Assembly (NCBI GenBank): GCA_009914755.4 | Contig: CP068257.2 | Coordinates: 6,656,001 to 6,720,000 of the forward strand | Length of the DNA stretch: 64,000 nt | Direction of reading: 5' to 3' | Source: the human T2T-CHM13v2.0 reference genome, Homo sapiens | In this document: positions 10,901 to 26,099 of the stretch, one piece after another | How positions within the stretch are numbered: position 1 is the stretch's first letter | How the letters are laid out: each line of letters begins with the position of its first letter | Notes under the pieces: generated by a model | The model's database searches: none | What the model was told of the DNA's origin: nothing | What the model saw: only the letters and a program-made list of their open reading frames with translations | Position numbers and translations under genes: made by a program

Positions 10901-13394
10901 AGAATGGAATGGAATTGAATGGAATGGAATGGAATGGAATGGAAACTACTGGAATGGAATGGAAACAACAAGAGTGGAATGGAATGCAAAGGAATGGAAT
11001 GGAATGGAATGGAATGTAAAGGAATGGAATGGAATCAACCTGACTGGAATGGAATGGAATGGAAAGGAATGAATGGAATGGAATGGAATAGAATGGAATT
11101 GTATGAAATGCAATGGTATGGAATTTAATGGAATGGAATGGAACGGAACGGAATGGAATGGAATTGACCCCAATGGAATGGAACGGAATGGAATGGATTG
11201 GAATGGAATGGAACGGAATTAACCCGAGTGGAACGGAATGTTATGGAATGGAGTGGAATGGAATGGAATGGAATGAAATGGAATGGAACAGAATCGAAAC
11301 CAATGGAATCAACTGGAATGGAATGGAATGGAATGGAATGGAATCAATCCGGGTGGAATGGAATGGTATGGAATACAATAGAATGGAATGGAATGGAATG
11401 GAATGGAATTCAATGGAATCAACCCCAGTGGAATAGAATGGTATGGAATGCAATGGAATGGAGTGGAACAGAACGGAATGGAATGTAATGGAATTGATTG
11501 AATCCGAGTGGAATTGAATGGAAGGGAATGCATTGGAAAGGAATGGAAAGGATTCAACCCGAGTGGAATGCAATGGATTGGAATGGAGTGGAATGGAATG
11601 GAATGGAAAGGAATGGAATGGAATGGAATCAACACAAATGGAATGGAATGGAATGGAATAGAATGGAAAGGAATGGAATGCAATGGAATCTAATGGAATG
11701 GAATGAAATGGAATAAACCCGAATGGAATGGAATGGAATGAAATGGAATGGAATGAAGTGGAATAAAGCCGAATGGAATGGAATGGAATGGAATGGAATG
11801 GAATGGAATGGAATGGAATGGAATGGAGTGGAATGGAATAAACACCAGTGGAATGAAATGGAATGGAATGGAATGGAATGGAAAGGAATGGAATGGAATG
11901 GAATAGAAAGGAATGAAATCAACCCGAGTAGAATGGAACAGAATGGAATGGAATGGAATGGAATGGAATGGAATGGAATGGAATGGAAAGGAATGGAATC
12001 AACTGGAATGGAATGAAATGGACTGGAATGGAGTGGAATGGAATAGAATGCAGTGGAATCAACAAGAGTGAAATGCAATGGAATGGAATGGAATGGAATC
12101 AACCCGAGTGGAGTGAAATAAAATGGAATGGAATGGAATGGAATGGAATGGAATGGAATGGAATGGAATGGAATGGAATGGAATAGCATGCAATCAACTT
12201 TGGTGGAATGGAATGGAATAGCATGCAATCAACTTTGGTGGAATGGTATGGAATGGTATGGAATGGAATGGAATGGAGTGGTACGGAATGGAATGGAATA
12301 AAAGGGCATGGAATGGAGTGGAATCAACCCGAGAGGAATGGAATGGAATGGAATGGAATGGAATGGAATGGAATGGAATGGAAATGAATCAAACCGAGTG
12401 GAATGGAATGGAATGGAGTGGAATGGAAACAATGCAAAGCAATGGTATCAACGGGAATGGAATGCATTGGAATGGAATGGAATGGAATCACCCTGAGTGG
12501 ATAGGAATGGAATGGAAGGGAATGGAAAGGAATGGAATGGAATGGAACCTAATGGAATGGAATTTAAACAACCCGAGTGGAACGGAATGGAATGGAATGG
12601 AATGGAATGGAATGGAATGGAATGGAATGGAATAAACACCAGTGGAATGAAATGGAATGGAATGGAAAGGAATGCAATGGAATAGAATGGAATGGAATGG
12701 AATGGAATGGAATGGAATGGAATGGAATGGAATCAACCCGAGTGGAGTAGAAAGGAATGGAATGGAATGGAATCAACCCCAGTGGAATGGAATGGAATGG
12801 AATGCAATAGAATGGAAAGGAATGGAATGGAATGGAATTCAATGGAATTAACCCGACAGGAATGGAATGGTATGGAATCCAATGGAATGGAGTGGAACAG
12901 AACGGAATGGAATGGAATGGAATTGACTGAATCCGAGTGGAATTGAATGGAACGGAATGCATTGGAAAGGAATGGAAAGGATTCAACCCGAGTGGAATGT
13001 AATGGATTGGAATGTAGTGGAATGGAATGGAATGGAATGGAATCAACACAAATGGAATGGAATGGAATGGAATGGAATGGAATAGAATGGAAAGGAATGC
13101 AATGCAATGGAATGGAATGGAATGGAATGAAATGGAATAAACCCGAAAGGAATGGAATGGAATGGAATGGAATGGAATGGAATGGAATGCAATGAATTGG
13201 AATAAACCCGAATGGAATGGAATGGAATGGAATGGAATGGAATGGAATGGAGTGCAATGGAATAAACACCAGTGGAATGAAATGGAATGGAATGGAATGG
13301 AATGGAATGGAATGGAATGGAATGGAATGGAATGGAATGAAATCAACCCGAGTAGAATGGAACAGAATGGAATGGAATGGAATGGAATGGAAAG

Positions 13395-16300
13395 GAGTGG
13401 AATCAACTAGAATGGAATGAAATTTAATGGAATGGAGTGGAATGGAATGGAATGCAATGGAATCAACAAGAGTGAAATGCAATGGAATGGAATGCAATGG
13501 AATCAACTAGAGTGAAATGCAATGGAATGGAATGGAATGGAATGGAATCAACCCGACTGGAGTGAAATAAAATGGAATGGAATGGAATGGAATGGAATAA
13601 AATGGAATGGAATGGAATGGAAACAACGCGAGTGGAATGGAATGGAATGGAAGGGAGTAACCAGAGAGGAATGGAATGGAAAGGAGTGAAATGGAATGGA
13701 ATAGAATGGAATGGAATGGAATGGAATGGAATGGAATAGAATGAAAGGGAAAGGAATGGAATGGAAATAACCCCAGTGGAATGGAATGGATTGGAATGGA
13801 ATGGAATGGAATGGAATCAACCCCAGTTGAATGGAATGCAATGGAATGGAACGGAATATAATGGAATGGAACGGAAGCATCCCGAGTGCAATGGAATGGT
13901 ATGGAATGCAACAGAATGGAATGGAACAGAACGGAATGAAATGGGATGGAATAGATTGATTGCGAGTGGAATGGAATGCAATGGAATGGAATGGAATGGA
14001 ATGGAACGCATTGGAATGGATTGGAATGGAAAGGAATGGATTCAACCCGATTGGAATGTAATTGATTGGAATGGAATGGAATGGAATGGAATGGAATGGA
14101 ATGGAATGGAATGGAATGGAATCAACACGAATGGAATGGAACGGAATGGAATGGAATGGAATGGAATGAAAGGGAAAGGAACAGAATAGAATCAACCCAA
14201 GTGGAATGGAATGGAATGGAATGGAAGGGAATCAACACGAGTGGAATGGAATGGAAAGGAATGCAATGGAATGGAATGGAATGGAATGGAATGGAATGGA
14301 ATGGAATGGAATGGAATCAACCCGAGTGGAGTAGAATGGAATGGAATGGAATCAACCCCAGTGGAATGGAATGGAATGGAATGCAATAGAATTGAATGGA
14401 ATGGAATGGAACGGAATTCAATGGAATCAACCCAAGTGGAATGGAATGGTATGGAATGCCATGGAATGGAGTGGAACAGAACGGAATGGAATGGAATGGA
14501 ATTGATTGAATCCGAGTGGAATTGAATGGAAGGGAATGCATTGGAAAGGAATGGAAAGGATTCAACCCGCGTGGAATGTAATGGATTGGAATGGAGTGGA
14601 ATGGAATGGAATGGAATGGAGTGGAATGGAATCAACACAAATGGAATGGAATAGAATGGAAAGGAATGGAATGCAATGGAATGGAATGCAATGGAATGGA
14701 ATGAAATGGAATAAACCGGAATATAATGGAATGGAATTAAATGGAATAAACCGGAATGTAATGCAATGGAATGGAATGGAATGGAATGGAATGGAATGGA
14801 ATGGAATGAATTGGAAAAAACCCGAATGGAATGGAATGGAATGGAATGGAATGGAAGGGAATGGAAACTACTGGAATGGAATGGAAACAACCCGAGTGGA
14901 ATGGAATGCAATGGAATGCAATGGAATGGAATGGAATGGAATGGAATGGAATGGAATGGAATGGAATGTAAAGGAATGGAATGGAATAGAATGGAATTGT
15001 ATGGAATGCAATGGTATGGAATTGTATGGAATGGAACGGAACGGAACGGAATGGAATGGAATTCACCCCAATGGAATTGAATGGAATGGAATGGATTGGA
15101 ATGCAATGGAACGGAATTAACCCGAGTGGAATGGAATGTAATGGAATGGAGTGGAATGTAATGGAATGGAGTGGAATGTAATGTAAAGGAATGGAGTGGA
15201 ATGTAATGGAATGGAGTGGAATGGAATGGAATGTAAAGGATTGGAATGGAATGGAATGGAGTGGAATGGAGTGGAATGGAATGGAATGGAATCAACCCGA
15301 ATGGAATGGAACGGAATGGAATGGAATGGAATGGAATGGAATGGAAAGGAATGGAATGCAACGGAATAGAATGGAATCAACCCGAATGGGTTGGAATGAA
15401 ATGGAATGGAATGTAACGGAATGGAATGGAATGGAATGGAATGGAATGGAAAGGAATGGAATGCAACGGAATAGAATGGAATCAACCCGAATGGGTTGGA
15501 ATGAAATGGAATGGAATGAAATGGAATGGAATGATATGGAATCAACCGGAGTGTAATGTAAATGAATGGAATGGAATGGAATGGAATAGAATGGAATGGA
15601 ATGGAATGCTATGGAGTCAACAAGAGTGGAATGGAATGGAATGGAATGGAATGCAATGCAATGGAATGGAATGCAATGGAATGGAATGGAATGGAATGGA
15701 ATGAACCCAAATGGAGTGGAATGGAACGGAATGCAATGGAATGGAATGGAATAACATGCAATCACCTTTGGTGGAATGGAATGGAATGGAATGGAATGGA
15801 ATGGAATGGAATCAACCAGAGTGGACTGCAACGGAATAAAATGGAATGGAATGGAACTGAATGGAACGGAACGGAACGGAATTGAATACAATGGAATCAA
15901 CCCAAGTGGAAAGGAATGGAATGGAATGGAATGGAATGGAATAACATGCAATCAATGTTGGTGGAATGGCATGGAATGGTATGGAATGGAATGGAATGGA
16001 ATGGAATGGAATGGAATGGTATGGAATGGAATGGAATAAAAAGGCATGGAATGGAATGGAATCAACCCGAGGGGAATGGAATGGAATGGAATGGAATGGA
16101 ATGGAATGGAATGGAAATGAAGCAAACCGAGTCGAATGGAATGGAATGGAATGGAATGGAATGGAAACAATGCAATGCAGTGGTATCAACGCGAATGGAA
16201 TGCATTGGAACGGAATGGAATGGAATCACCCTGAATGGATAGGAATGGAATGGAAAGGAATGGAAAGGAATGGAATGGAATGGAAACTAATGGAATGGAA

Positions 16301-18696
16301 TGGAAAAAACTCGAGTGGAATGGAATGGAATGGAATGGAATGGAATGGAATGGAATACAACAAAATGGAAACAACCCGAGTGGAATGGCATGGAATGGAA
16401 AGGACCTGAATATAATGGAAAGGATTGGAATCAACGCGATTAGAAACTAATGGAATGGAATGGAATGGAAGGGAATGGAATGGAATGGAATGGAATGGAA
16501 TGGAAAGGAATCTACTCGAGTGGAATGGAATGTAATGGAATTAAATGGAATGGAATGGAATGGAAAGGAATGGAATGGAATCCACCCGAGTGGAATGGAA
16601 TGGAATGGAATGCAATGGAATTGAACGGAATATAATGGAATTCAATGGAATCATCCCGAGTGGAATGGAATGGTATCTAATGCAATGGAATGGAACGGAA
16701 CAGAACGGAATGGAATGGAAATAATAGATTGAATCCAAGTGGAATTGAATGGAATGGAATGGATTGGAAAGGAATGGAATGGATTGGAATGGATTGGAAT
16801 GGAATGGAATGGAATGGAATGGAATGGAATCAACACGAATAGAATGGAACGGAATGGAATGGAATGGAATGGAATGGTATGGAATGAAATGGAAAGGAAC
16901 GGAATAGAATCAACCCAAGTGGAATGGAATGGAATGCAATGGAAGGGAATCAACACGAGTGGAATGGAATGGAAAGGAATACAATGGAATGGAATGGAAT
17001 GGAATGGAATGGAATGGAATGGAATCAACCCGAGTGGAGTAGAATGGAATAGAATGGAATCAACCGCAGTGGAATGGAATGGAATGGAATGGAATAGAAT
17101 GGAATTCAATGGAATCAACCCGAGTGGAATGGAATGGTATGGAATGCAATGGAATGGAGTGGAACAGAACGGAATGGAATGGAATGGAATTGATTGAATC
17201 CGAGTGGAATTGAATGGAAGGGAATGCGTTGGAAAGGAAAGGAAAGGATTCAACCCGAGTGGAATGTAATGGATTGGAATGGAGTGGAATGGAATGGAAT
17301 GGAATGGAATGGAATGGAATGGAATGGAATGAATTGGAATAAACCCGAATGGAATGGAATGGAATGGAATTTAATGGTGTGGAATGGAATAAACACCAGT
17401 GGAATGGAATGGAATGGAATGGAATGGAATGGAATGGAATTGAATGGAAAGGAATGAAATCAACCCGAGTAGAATGGAACAGAATGGGATGGAATGGAAT
17501 GGAATGGAAATGAATGGAATCAACTGGAATGGAATGAAATGGAATGGAATGGAGTGGAATGGAATGGAATGCATTGGAATCAACAAGAGTGAAATGCAAT
17601 GGAAAGGAATGGAATGGAATGGAATGGAATAGAATGGAATCACCCGAGTGGAGAGAAATAAATTGGAATGGAATGGAATGGAATCAACCTGAGTGGAACG
17701 GAATGGAATGGAATGGAATGGAACGGAATGGAATGCAATGGAATGGAATGGAATGGAAACTACTGGAATGGAATGGAAACAACCCGAGTGGAATGAAATG
17801 CAAAGGAATGGAATGGAGTGGAATGGAATGGAACGGAATGGAATGGAATTGAATGGAATGGAGTCAACACAAGTGGAAAGGAATGGAATGGAATGGAATG
17901 GAATGGAATGGAATGGAATGGAACGGAATAAACACCAGTGGAATGAAATGGAATGGAATGGAATGGAATGGAATGGAATGGAATGGAATGGAATGGAAAG
18001 GAATGAAATCAACCCGAGTAGAATGGAACGGAATGGAATGGAATGGAATGGAATGGAATGGAAAGGAATGGAATCAGCTGGAATGGAATGAAATGGAATG
18101 GAATGGAGTGGAATGGAATGGAATGCAATGGAATCAACAAGAGTGAAATGCAATGGAATGGAATGGAATGGAATGGAATGGAATGGAATGGAATGGAATG
18201 GAATTGAATCAACCCGAGTGGAGTGAAATAAAATGAAATGGAATGGAATGGAATCAACCTAAGTGGAACGGAATGGAATGTAATGGAATCGAATGGAATG
18301 GAATGGAATGCAATGGAATCAACTGGAATGGAATTGAATGGAATGGAATGGAATGGAATGGAATGGAAAGGAACGGAATCATCCTGAGTCAAATAGAATG
18401 GAATGGAATGGAATCGAATGGAATGGAATGGAATGGAATGGAATGGAATGGAATGGAATGGAAACTACTGGAATGGAATGGAAACAACCCGAGTGGAATG
18501 GAATGCAATGGAATGGAATGGAGTGGAATGGAAAGGAATGGAATGGAATCAACACGAGTGGACTGCAACGGAATGAAATGGAATGGAATGCAATGGAATG
18601 GAATGGAATGGAATGGAACGGAACGGAACGGAATTGAATGGAATGGAATCAACCCAAGTGGAAAGGAATGGAATGGAATGGAATGGAATGGAAAGG
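13395..18696 (+). repeat. HSat3 higher-order repeat 'A', copy 1 (~5.30 kb)
   Basis: The start landmark '...ggaatcaactagaatggaatgaaatttaatggaatggagtgg...' recurs at 18697. The long artefact ORFs at 13761, 14506, 15191, 15966, 16739, 17544 and 18243 recur identically or near-identically at 19062, 19792, 20467, 21242, 21950, 22745 and 23449. Offsets run 5301 down to 5201. Confidence 0.85.
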
Positions 18697-21600
18697 AATG
18701 GAATCAACTAGAATGGAATGAAATTTAATGGAATGGAGTGGAATGGAATGGAATGCAATGGAATGAACAAGAGTGAAATGCAATGGAATGGAATGCAATG
18801 GAATCAACTAGAGTGAAATGCAATGGAATGGAATGGAATGGAATGGAATCAACCCGACTGGAGTGAAATAAAATGGAATGGAATGGAATGGAATGGAATA
18901 AAATGGAATGGAATGGAATGGAAACAACGCGAGTGGAATGGAATGGAATGGAAGGGAGTAACCAGAGAGGAATGGAATGGAATGGAGTGAAATGGAATGG
19001 AATAGAATGGAATGGAATGGAATGGAATGGAATGGAATAGAATGAAAGGGAAAGGAATGGAATGGAAATAACCCCAGTGGAATGGAATGGATTGGAATGG
19101 AATGGAATGGAATGGAATCAACCCCAGTTGAATGGAATGCAATGGAATGGAACGGAATATAATGGAATGGAACGGAAGCATCCCGAGTGCAATGGAATGG
19201 TATGGAATGCAACAGAATGGAATGGAACAGAACGGAATGAAATGGGATGGAATAGATTGATTGCGAGTGGAATGGAATGCAATGGAATGGAATGGAATGG
19301 AATGGAACGCATTGGAATGGATTGGAATGGAAAGGAATGGATTCAACCCGATTGGAATGTAATTGATTGGAATGGAATGGAATGGAATGGAATGGAATGG
19401 AATGGAATGGAATCAACACGAATGGAATGGAACGGAATGGAATGGAATGGAATGGAATGAAAGGGAAAGGAACAGAATAGAATCAACCCAAGTGGAATGG
19501 AATGGAATGGAATGGAAGGGAATCAACACGAGTGGAATGGAATGGAAAGGAATGCAATGGAATGGAATGGAATGGAATGGAATGGAATGGAATGGAATGG
19601 AATCAACCCGAGTGGAGTAGAATGGAATGGAATGGAATCAACCCCAGTGGAATGGAATGGAATGGAATGCAATAGAATTGAATGGAATGGAATGGAACGG
19701 AATTCAATGGAATCAACCCAAGTGGAATGGAATGGTATGGAATGCAATGGAATGGAGTGGAACAGAACGGAATGGAATGGAATGGAATTGATTGAATCCG
19801 AGTGGAATTGAATGGAAGGGAATGCATTGGAAAGGAATGGAAAGGATTCAACCCGCGTGGAATGTAATGGATTGGAATGGAGTGGAATGGAATGGAATGG
19901 AATGGAGTGGAATGGAATCAACACAAATGGAATGGAATAGAATGGAAAGGAATGGAATGCAATGGAATGGAATGCAATGGAATGGAATGAAATGGAATAA
20001 ACCGGAATGTAATGGAATGGAATTAAATGGAATAAACCGGAATGTAATGTAATGTAATGGAATGGAATGGAATGGAATGGAATGGAATGAATTGGAAAAA
20101 ACCCGAATGGAATGGAATGGAATGGAATGGAATGGAAGGGAATGGAAACTACTGGAATGGAATGGAAACAACCCGAGTGGAATGGAATGCAATGGAATGC
20201 AATGGAATGGAATGGAATGGAATGGAATGGAATGGAATGGAATGTAAAGGAATGGAATGGAATAGAATGGAATTGTATGGAATGCAATGGTATGGAATTT
20301 AATGGAATGGAACGGAACGGAACAGAATGGAATGGAATTCACCCCAATGGAATTGAATGGAATGGAATGGATTGGAATGCAATGGAACGGAATTAACCCG
20401 AGTGGAATGGAATGTAATGGAATGGAGTGGAATGTAATGGAATGGAGTGGAATGTAATGTAAAGGAATGGAGTGGAATGTAATGGAATGGAGTGGAATGG
20501 AATGGAATGTAAAGGATTGGAATGGAATGGAATGGAGTGGAATGGAGTGGAATGGAATGGAATGGAATCAACCCGAATGGAATGGAACGGAATGGAATGG
20601 AATGGAATGGAATGGAATGGAAAGGAATGGAATGCAACGGAATAGAATGGAATCAACCCGAATGGGTTGGAATGAAATGGAATGGAATGTAACGGAATGG
20701 AATGGAATGCAATGGAATGGAATGGAATGGAAAGGAATGGAATGCAACGGAATAGAATGGAATCAACCCGAATGGGTTGGAATGAAATGGAATGGAATGA
20801 AATGGAATGGAATGATATGGAATCAACCGGAGTGTAATGTAAATGAATGGAATGGAATGGAATGGAATAGAATGGAATGGAATGGAATGCTATGGAGTCA
20901 ACAAGAGTGGAATGGAATGGAATGGAATGGAATGCAATGCAATGGAATGGAATGCAATGGAATGGAATGGAATGGAATGGAATGAACCCAAATGGAGTGG
21001 AATGGAACGGAATGCAATGGAATGGAATGGAATAACATGCAATCACCTTTGGTGGAATGGAATGGAATGGAATGGAATGGAATGGAATCAACCAGAGTGG
21101 ACTGCAACGGAATAAAATGGAATGGAATGGAACTGAATGGAACGGAACGGAACGGAATTGAATACAATGGAATCAACCCAAGTGGAAAGGAATGGAATGG
21201 AATGGAATGGAATGGAATAACATGCAATCAATGTTGGTGGAATGGCATGGAATGGTATGGAATGGAATGGAATGGAATGGAATGGAATGGAATGGTATGG
21301 AATGGAATGGAATAAAAAGGCATGGAATGGAATGGAATCAACCCGAGGGGAATGGAATGGAATGGAATGGAATGGAATGGAAACAATACAATGCAGTGGT
21401 ATCAACGCGAATGGAATGCATTGGAACGGAATGGAATGGAATCACCCTGAATGGATAGGAATGGAATGGAAAGGAATGGAAAGGAATGGAATGGAATGGA
21501 AACTAATGGAATGGAATGGAAAAAACTCGAGTGGAATGGAATGGAATGGAATGGAATGGAATGGAATACAACAAAATGGAAACAACCCGAGTGGAATGGC

Positions 21601-23885
21601 ATGGAATGGAAAGGACCTGAATATAATGGAAAGGATTGGAATCAACGCGATTAGAAACTAATGGAATGGAATGGAATGGAAGGGAATGGAATGGAATGGA
21701 ATGGAATGGAATGGAAAGGAATCTACCCGAGTGGAATGGAATGTAATGGAATTAAATGGAATGGAATGGAATGGAAAGGAATGGAATGGAATCCACCCGA
21801 GTGGAATGGAATGGAATGGAATGCAATGGAATTGAACGGAATATAATGGAATTCAATGGAATCATCCCGAGTGGAATGGAATGGTATCTAATGCAATGGA
21901 ATGGAACGGAACAGAACGGAATGGAATGGAAAAAATAGATTGAATCCAAGTGGAATTGAATGGAATGGAATGGATTGGAAAAGAATGGAATGGATTGGAA
22001 TGGATTGGAATGGAATGGAATGGAATGGAATGGAATGGAATCAACACGAACAGAATGGAACGGAATGGAATGGAATGGAATGGAATGGTATGGAATGAAA
22101 TGGAAAGGAACGGAATAGAATCAACCCAAGTGGAATGGAATGGAATGCAATGGAAGGGAATCAACACGAGTGGAATGGAATGGAAAGGAATACAATGGAA
22201 TGGAATGGAATGGAATGGAATGGAATGGAATGGAATCAACCCGAGTGGAGTAGAATGGAATAGAATGGAATCAACCGCAGTGGAATGGAATGGAATGGAA
22301 TGGAATAGAATGGAATTCAATGGAATCAACCCGAGTGGAATGGAATGGTATGGAATGCAATGGAATGGAGTGGAACAGAACGGAATGGAATGGAATGGAA
22401 TTGATTGAATCCGAGTGGAATTGAATGGAAGGGAATGCGTTGGAAAGGAATGGAAAGGATTCAACCCGAGTGGAATGTAATGGATTGGAATGGAGTGGAA
22501 TGGAATGGAATGGAATGGAATGGAATGGAATGGAATGAATTGGAATAAACCCGAATGGAATGGAATGGAATGGAATTTAATGGTGTGGAATGGAATAAAC
22601 ACCAGTGGAATGGAATGGAATGGAATGGAATGGAATGGAATTGAATGGAAAGGAATGAAATCAACCCGAGTAGAATGGAACAGAATGGGATGGAATGGAA
22701 TGGAATGGAAATGAATGGAATCAACTGGAATGGAATGAAATGGAATGGAATGGAGTGGAATGGAATGGAATGCATTGGAATCAACAAGAGTGAAATGCAA
22801 TGGAAAGGAATGGAATGGAATGGAATGGAATAGAATGGAATCACCCGAGTGGAGAGAAATAAATTGGAATGGAATGGAATGGAATCAACCTGAGTGGAAC
22901 GGAATGGAATGGAATGGAATGGAACGGAATGGAATGCAATGGAATGGAATGGAATGGAAACTACTGGAATGGAATGGAAACAACCCGAGTGGAATGAAAT
23001 GCAAAGGAATGGAATGGAGTGGAATGGAATGGAACGGAATGGAATGGAATTGAATGGAATGGAGTCAACACAAGTGGAAAGGAATGGAATGGAATGGAAT
23101 GGAATGGAATGGAATGGAATGGAATGGAATGGAACGGAATAAACACCAGTGGAATGAAATGGAATGGAATGGAATGGAATGGAATGGAATGGAATGGAAT
23201 GGAATGGAAAGGAATGAAATCAACCCGAGTAGAATGGAACGGAATGGAATGGAATGGAATGGAATGGAATGGAAAGGAATGGAATCAGCTGGAATGGAAT
23301 GAAATGGAATGGAATGGAGTGGAATGGAATGGAATGCAATGGAATCAACAAGAGTGAAATGCAATGGAATGGAATGGAATGGAATGGAATGGAATGGAAT
23401 GGAATGGAATTGAATCAACCCGAGTGGAGTGAAATAAAATGAAATGGAATGGAATGGAATCAACCTAAGTGGAACGGAATGGAATGTAATGGAATCGAAT
23501 GGAATGGAATGGAATGCAATGGAATCAACTGGAATGGAATTGAATGGAATGGAATGGAATGGAATGGAATGGAAAGGAACGGAATCATCCTGAGTCAAAT
23601 AGAATGGAATGGAATGGAATCGAATGGAATGGAATGGAATGGAATGGAATGGAATGGAATGGAATGGAAACTACTGGAATGGAATGGAAACAACCCGAGT
23701 GGAATGGAATGCAATGGAATGGAATGGAGTGGAATGGAATGGAATGGAATGGAATCAACACGAGTGGACTGCAACGGAATGAAATGGAATGGAATGCAAT
23801 GGAATGGAATGGAATGGAATGGAACGGAACGGAACGGAATTGAATGGAATGGAATCAACCCAAGTGGAAAGGAATGGAATGGAAT
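18697..23885 (+). repeat. HSat3 higher-order repeat 'A', copy 2 (~5.19 kb; ~100 bp of small deletions relative to copy 1)
   Basis: Colinear with copy 1 as above. Homology to the copy-1 successor breaks at ~23885, where 'gaaatagcatgcaatcaaatttggtgg' replaces 'aaaggaatggaatcaactagaatgg'. Confidence 0.85.
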
Positions 23886-26099
23886 GGAATGGAATGGAAT
23901 GGAATGGAATGAAATAGCATGCAATCAAATTTGGTGGAATGGTATGGAATGGTATTGAATGGAATGGAATGGAATGGAATTGTATGGAATGGAATGGAAT
24001 TTAACCGAGTGGAAAGGAATGTAATGAAATTAAATGGTATGGAATGGAATGGAATGGAATGGAATGGAATGTACCCGAGTGGAATGGAATGGAATGGAAT
24101 TTAATGGAATGGAATGGAATAGAATGATATGGAATCAACCCGAGTGGAATGGTATAGAATGGAACGTAATGGAACGGAATGGAATGGAATAAAATGGAAT
24201 GGAATGGAATGGAATGGAAACTACCCGAGTGGAGTGGAATGGAATGGAATGGAGTAACCGGAGAGGAATGGAATGGAATGGAGTGGAATGTAATGGAATA
24301 GAATGGAATGGAATGGAATAGAATAGAATGAAATGGAAAGGAACGGAATGGAAATAACCCGAGTGGAATGGAATGGAATGGAATGGAATGGAATGGAATG
24401 GAATGGAATGGAATCAACCCCAGTTGAATGGAATGGAATGGAATGGAATTTAACGGAATATAATGGAATGGAACGGAATCATCCTGAATGGAATGGAATG
24501 GTATGGATTGCAACAGAATGGAATGGAACAGAACGGAATGAAATGGAATGGAATAGATTGAATGCGAGTGGAATGGAATGGATTGGAATGGAATGGAACG
24601 GATTGGAGTGGAATGCAATGGAATCAACACCAATGGGATGGAACGGAATGGAATGGAATGGAACGGAATGGAATGGAATGGAACGGAATGGAATCAACCC
24701 GATTGGAATGGAATGGAATGGAATGGAATCCACCCGAGTGGAATAGAATGGAATGGAATGCAATGGAATTGAACGGAATATAATGGAATTAAATGGAATC
24801 ATCCCGAGTGGAATGGAATGGTATCTAATGCAATTTAATGGAATGGAGCAGAATGGAATGGAATAGAAAGAATAGATTGAATCCAAGTGGAATTGAATGG
24901 AATGGAATGGATTGGAAAGGAATGGAATGGAATGGATTGGAATGGAATGGAATGGAAAGGAATGGATTCAACCCCAGTGGAATGTAATGGATTGGAAAGG
25001 AATGGAATGGAATGGAATGGAATGGAATGGAATCAACACGAATGGAATGGAACGGAACGGAATGGAATGGAATGGAATGGTATTGAATGAAATGGAAAGG
25101 AACGGAATAGAATCAACCCAAGTGGAATGGAATGGAATGGAATGGAATGGAATGGAATGGAATGGAATGGAATGGAATCAACCCGAGTGGAGTAGAATGG
25201 AATGGAATGGAATCAACCCCAGTGGAATGGAATGGAATGGAATGCAATAGAATGGAAAGGAATGGAATGGAATGGAATTCAATGGAATCAACCCGAGTGG
25301 AAAGGAATGGTATGGAATGCAATGGAATGGAGTGGAATGGAATGGAATCAACGCGAGTTGAATGGAATGGAATGGAATGGAACGGAATATAATGGAATGG
25401 AACGGAATCATCCCGAGTGGAATGGAATGGTATGGAATGCAATAAAACGGAAAGGAACAGAACGGAATGAAATGGAATGGAATAGATTGAATGCTAGTGG
25501 AATTCAATGGAATGGAATGGATTGGAATGGAATGGAATGGATTGGAGTGGAATGGAATGGAATCAACACGAATGGGATGGAACGGAATGGAACGGAATGG
25601 AATGGAATGGAATAGAATGGAATGAAATGGAATGGAATGGAATCAACCCGAGTGGAATGGAATGGAATGGAATGGAATCCACCCGAGTGGAATGGAATGG
25701 AATGGAATGCAATGGAATTGAACGGAATATAATGAAATTAAATGGAATCATCCCGAGTGGAATGGAATGCTATATAATGCAATGGAATGGAATGGAACAG
25801 AACGGAATGGAATGGAAAGAACAGATTGAATCCAAGTGGAATTGAATGGAATGGAATGGATTGGAAAGGAATGGAATGGATTGGAATGGATTGGAATGGA
25901 AAGGAATGGATTCAACCCGAGTGGAATGTAATGGATTGGAATGGAATGGAATGGAATGCGATGGAATGGAATGGAATGGAATCAAAAAGAATGGAATGGA
26001 ACGGAATGGAATGGATTAGAATGGAATGGAATGGAATGGAATGGAATGAAATCAACCCGAGTAGAATGGAACAGAATGGAATGGAATGGAATGGAATGG

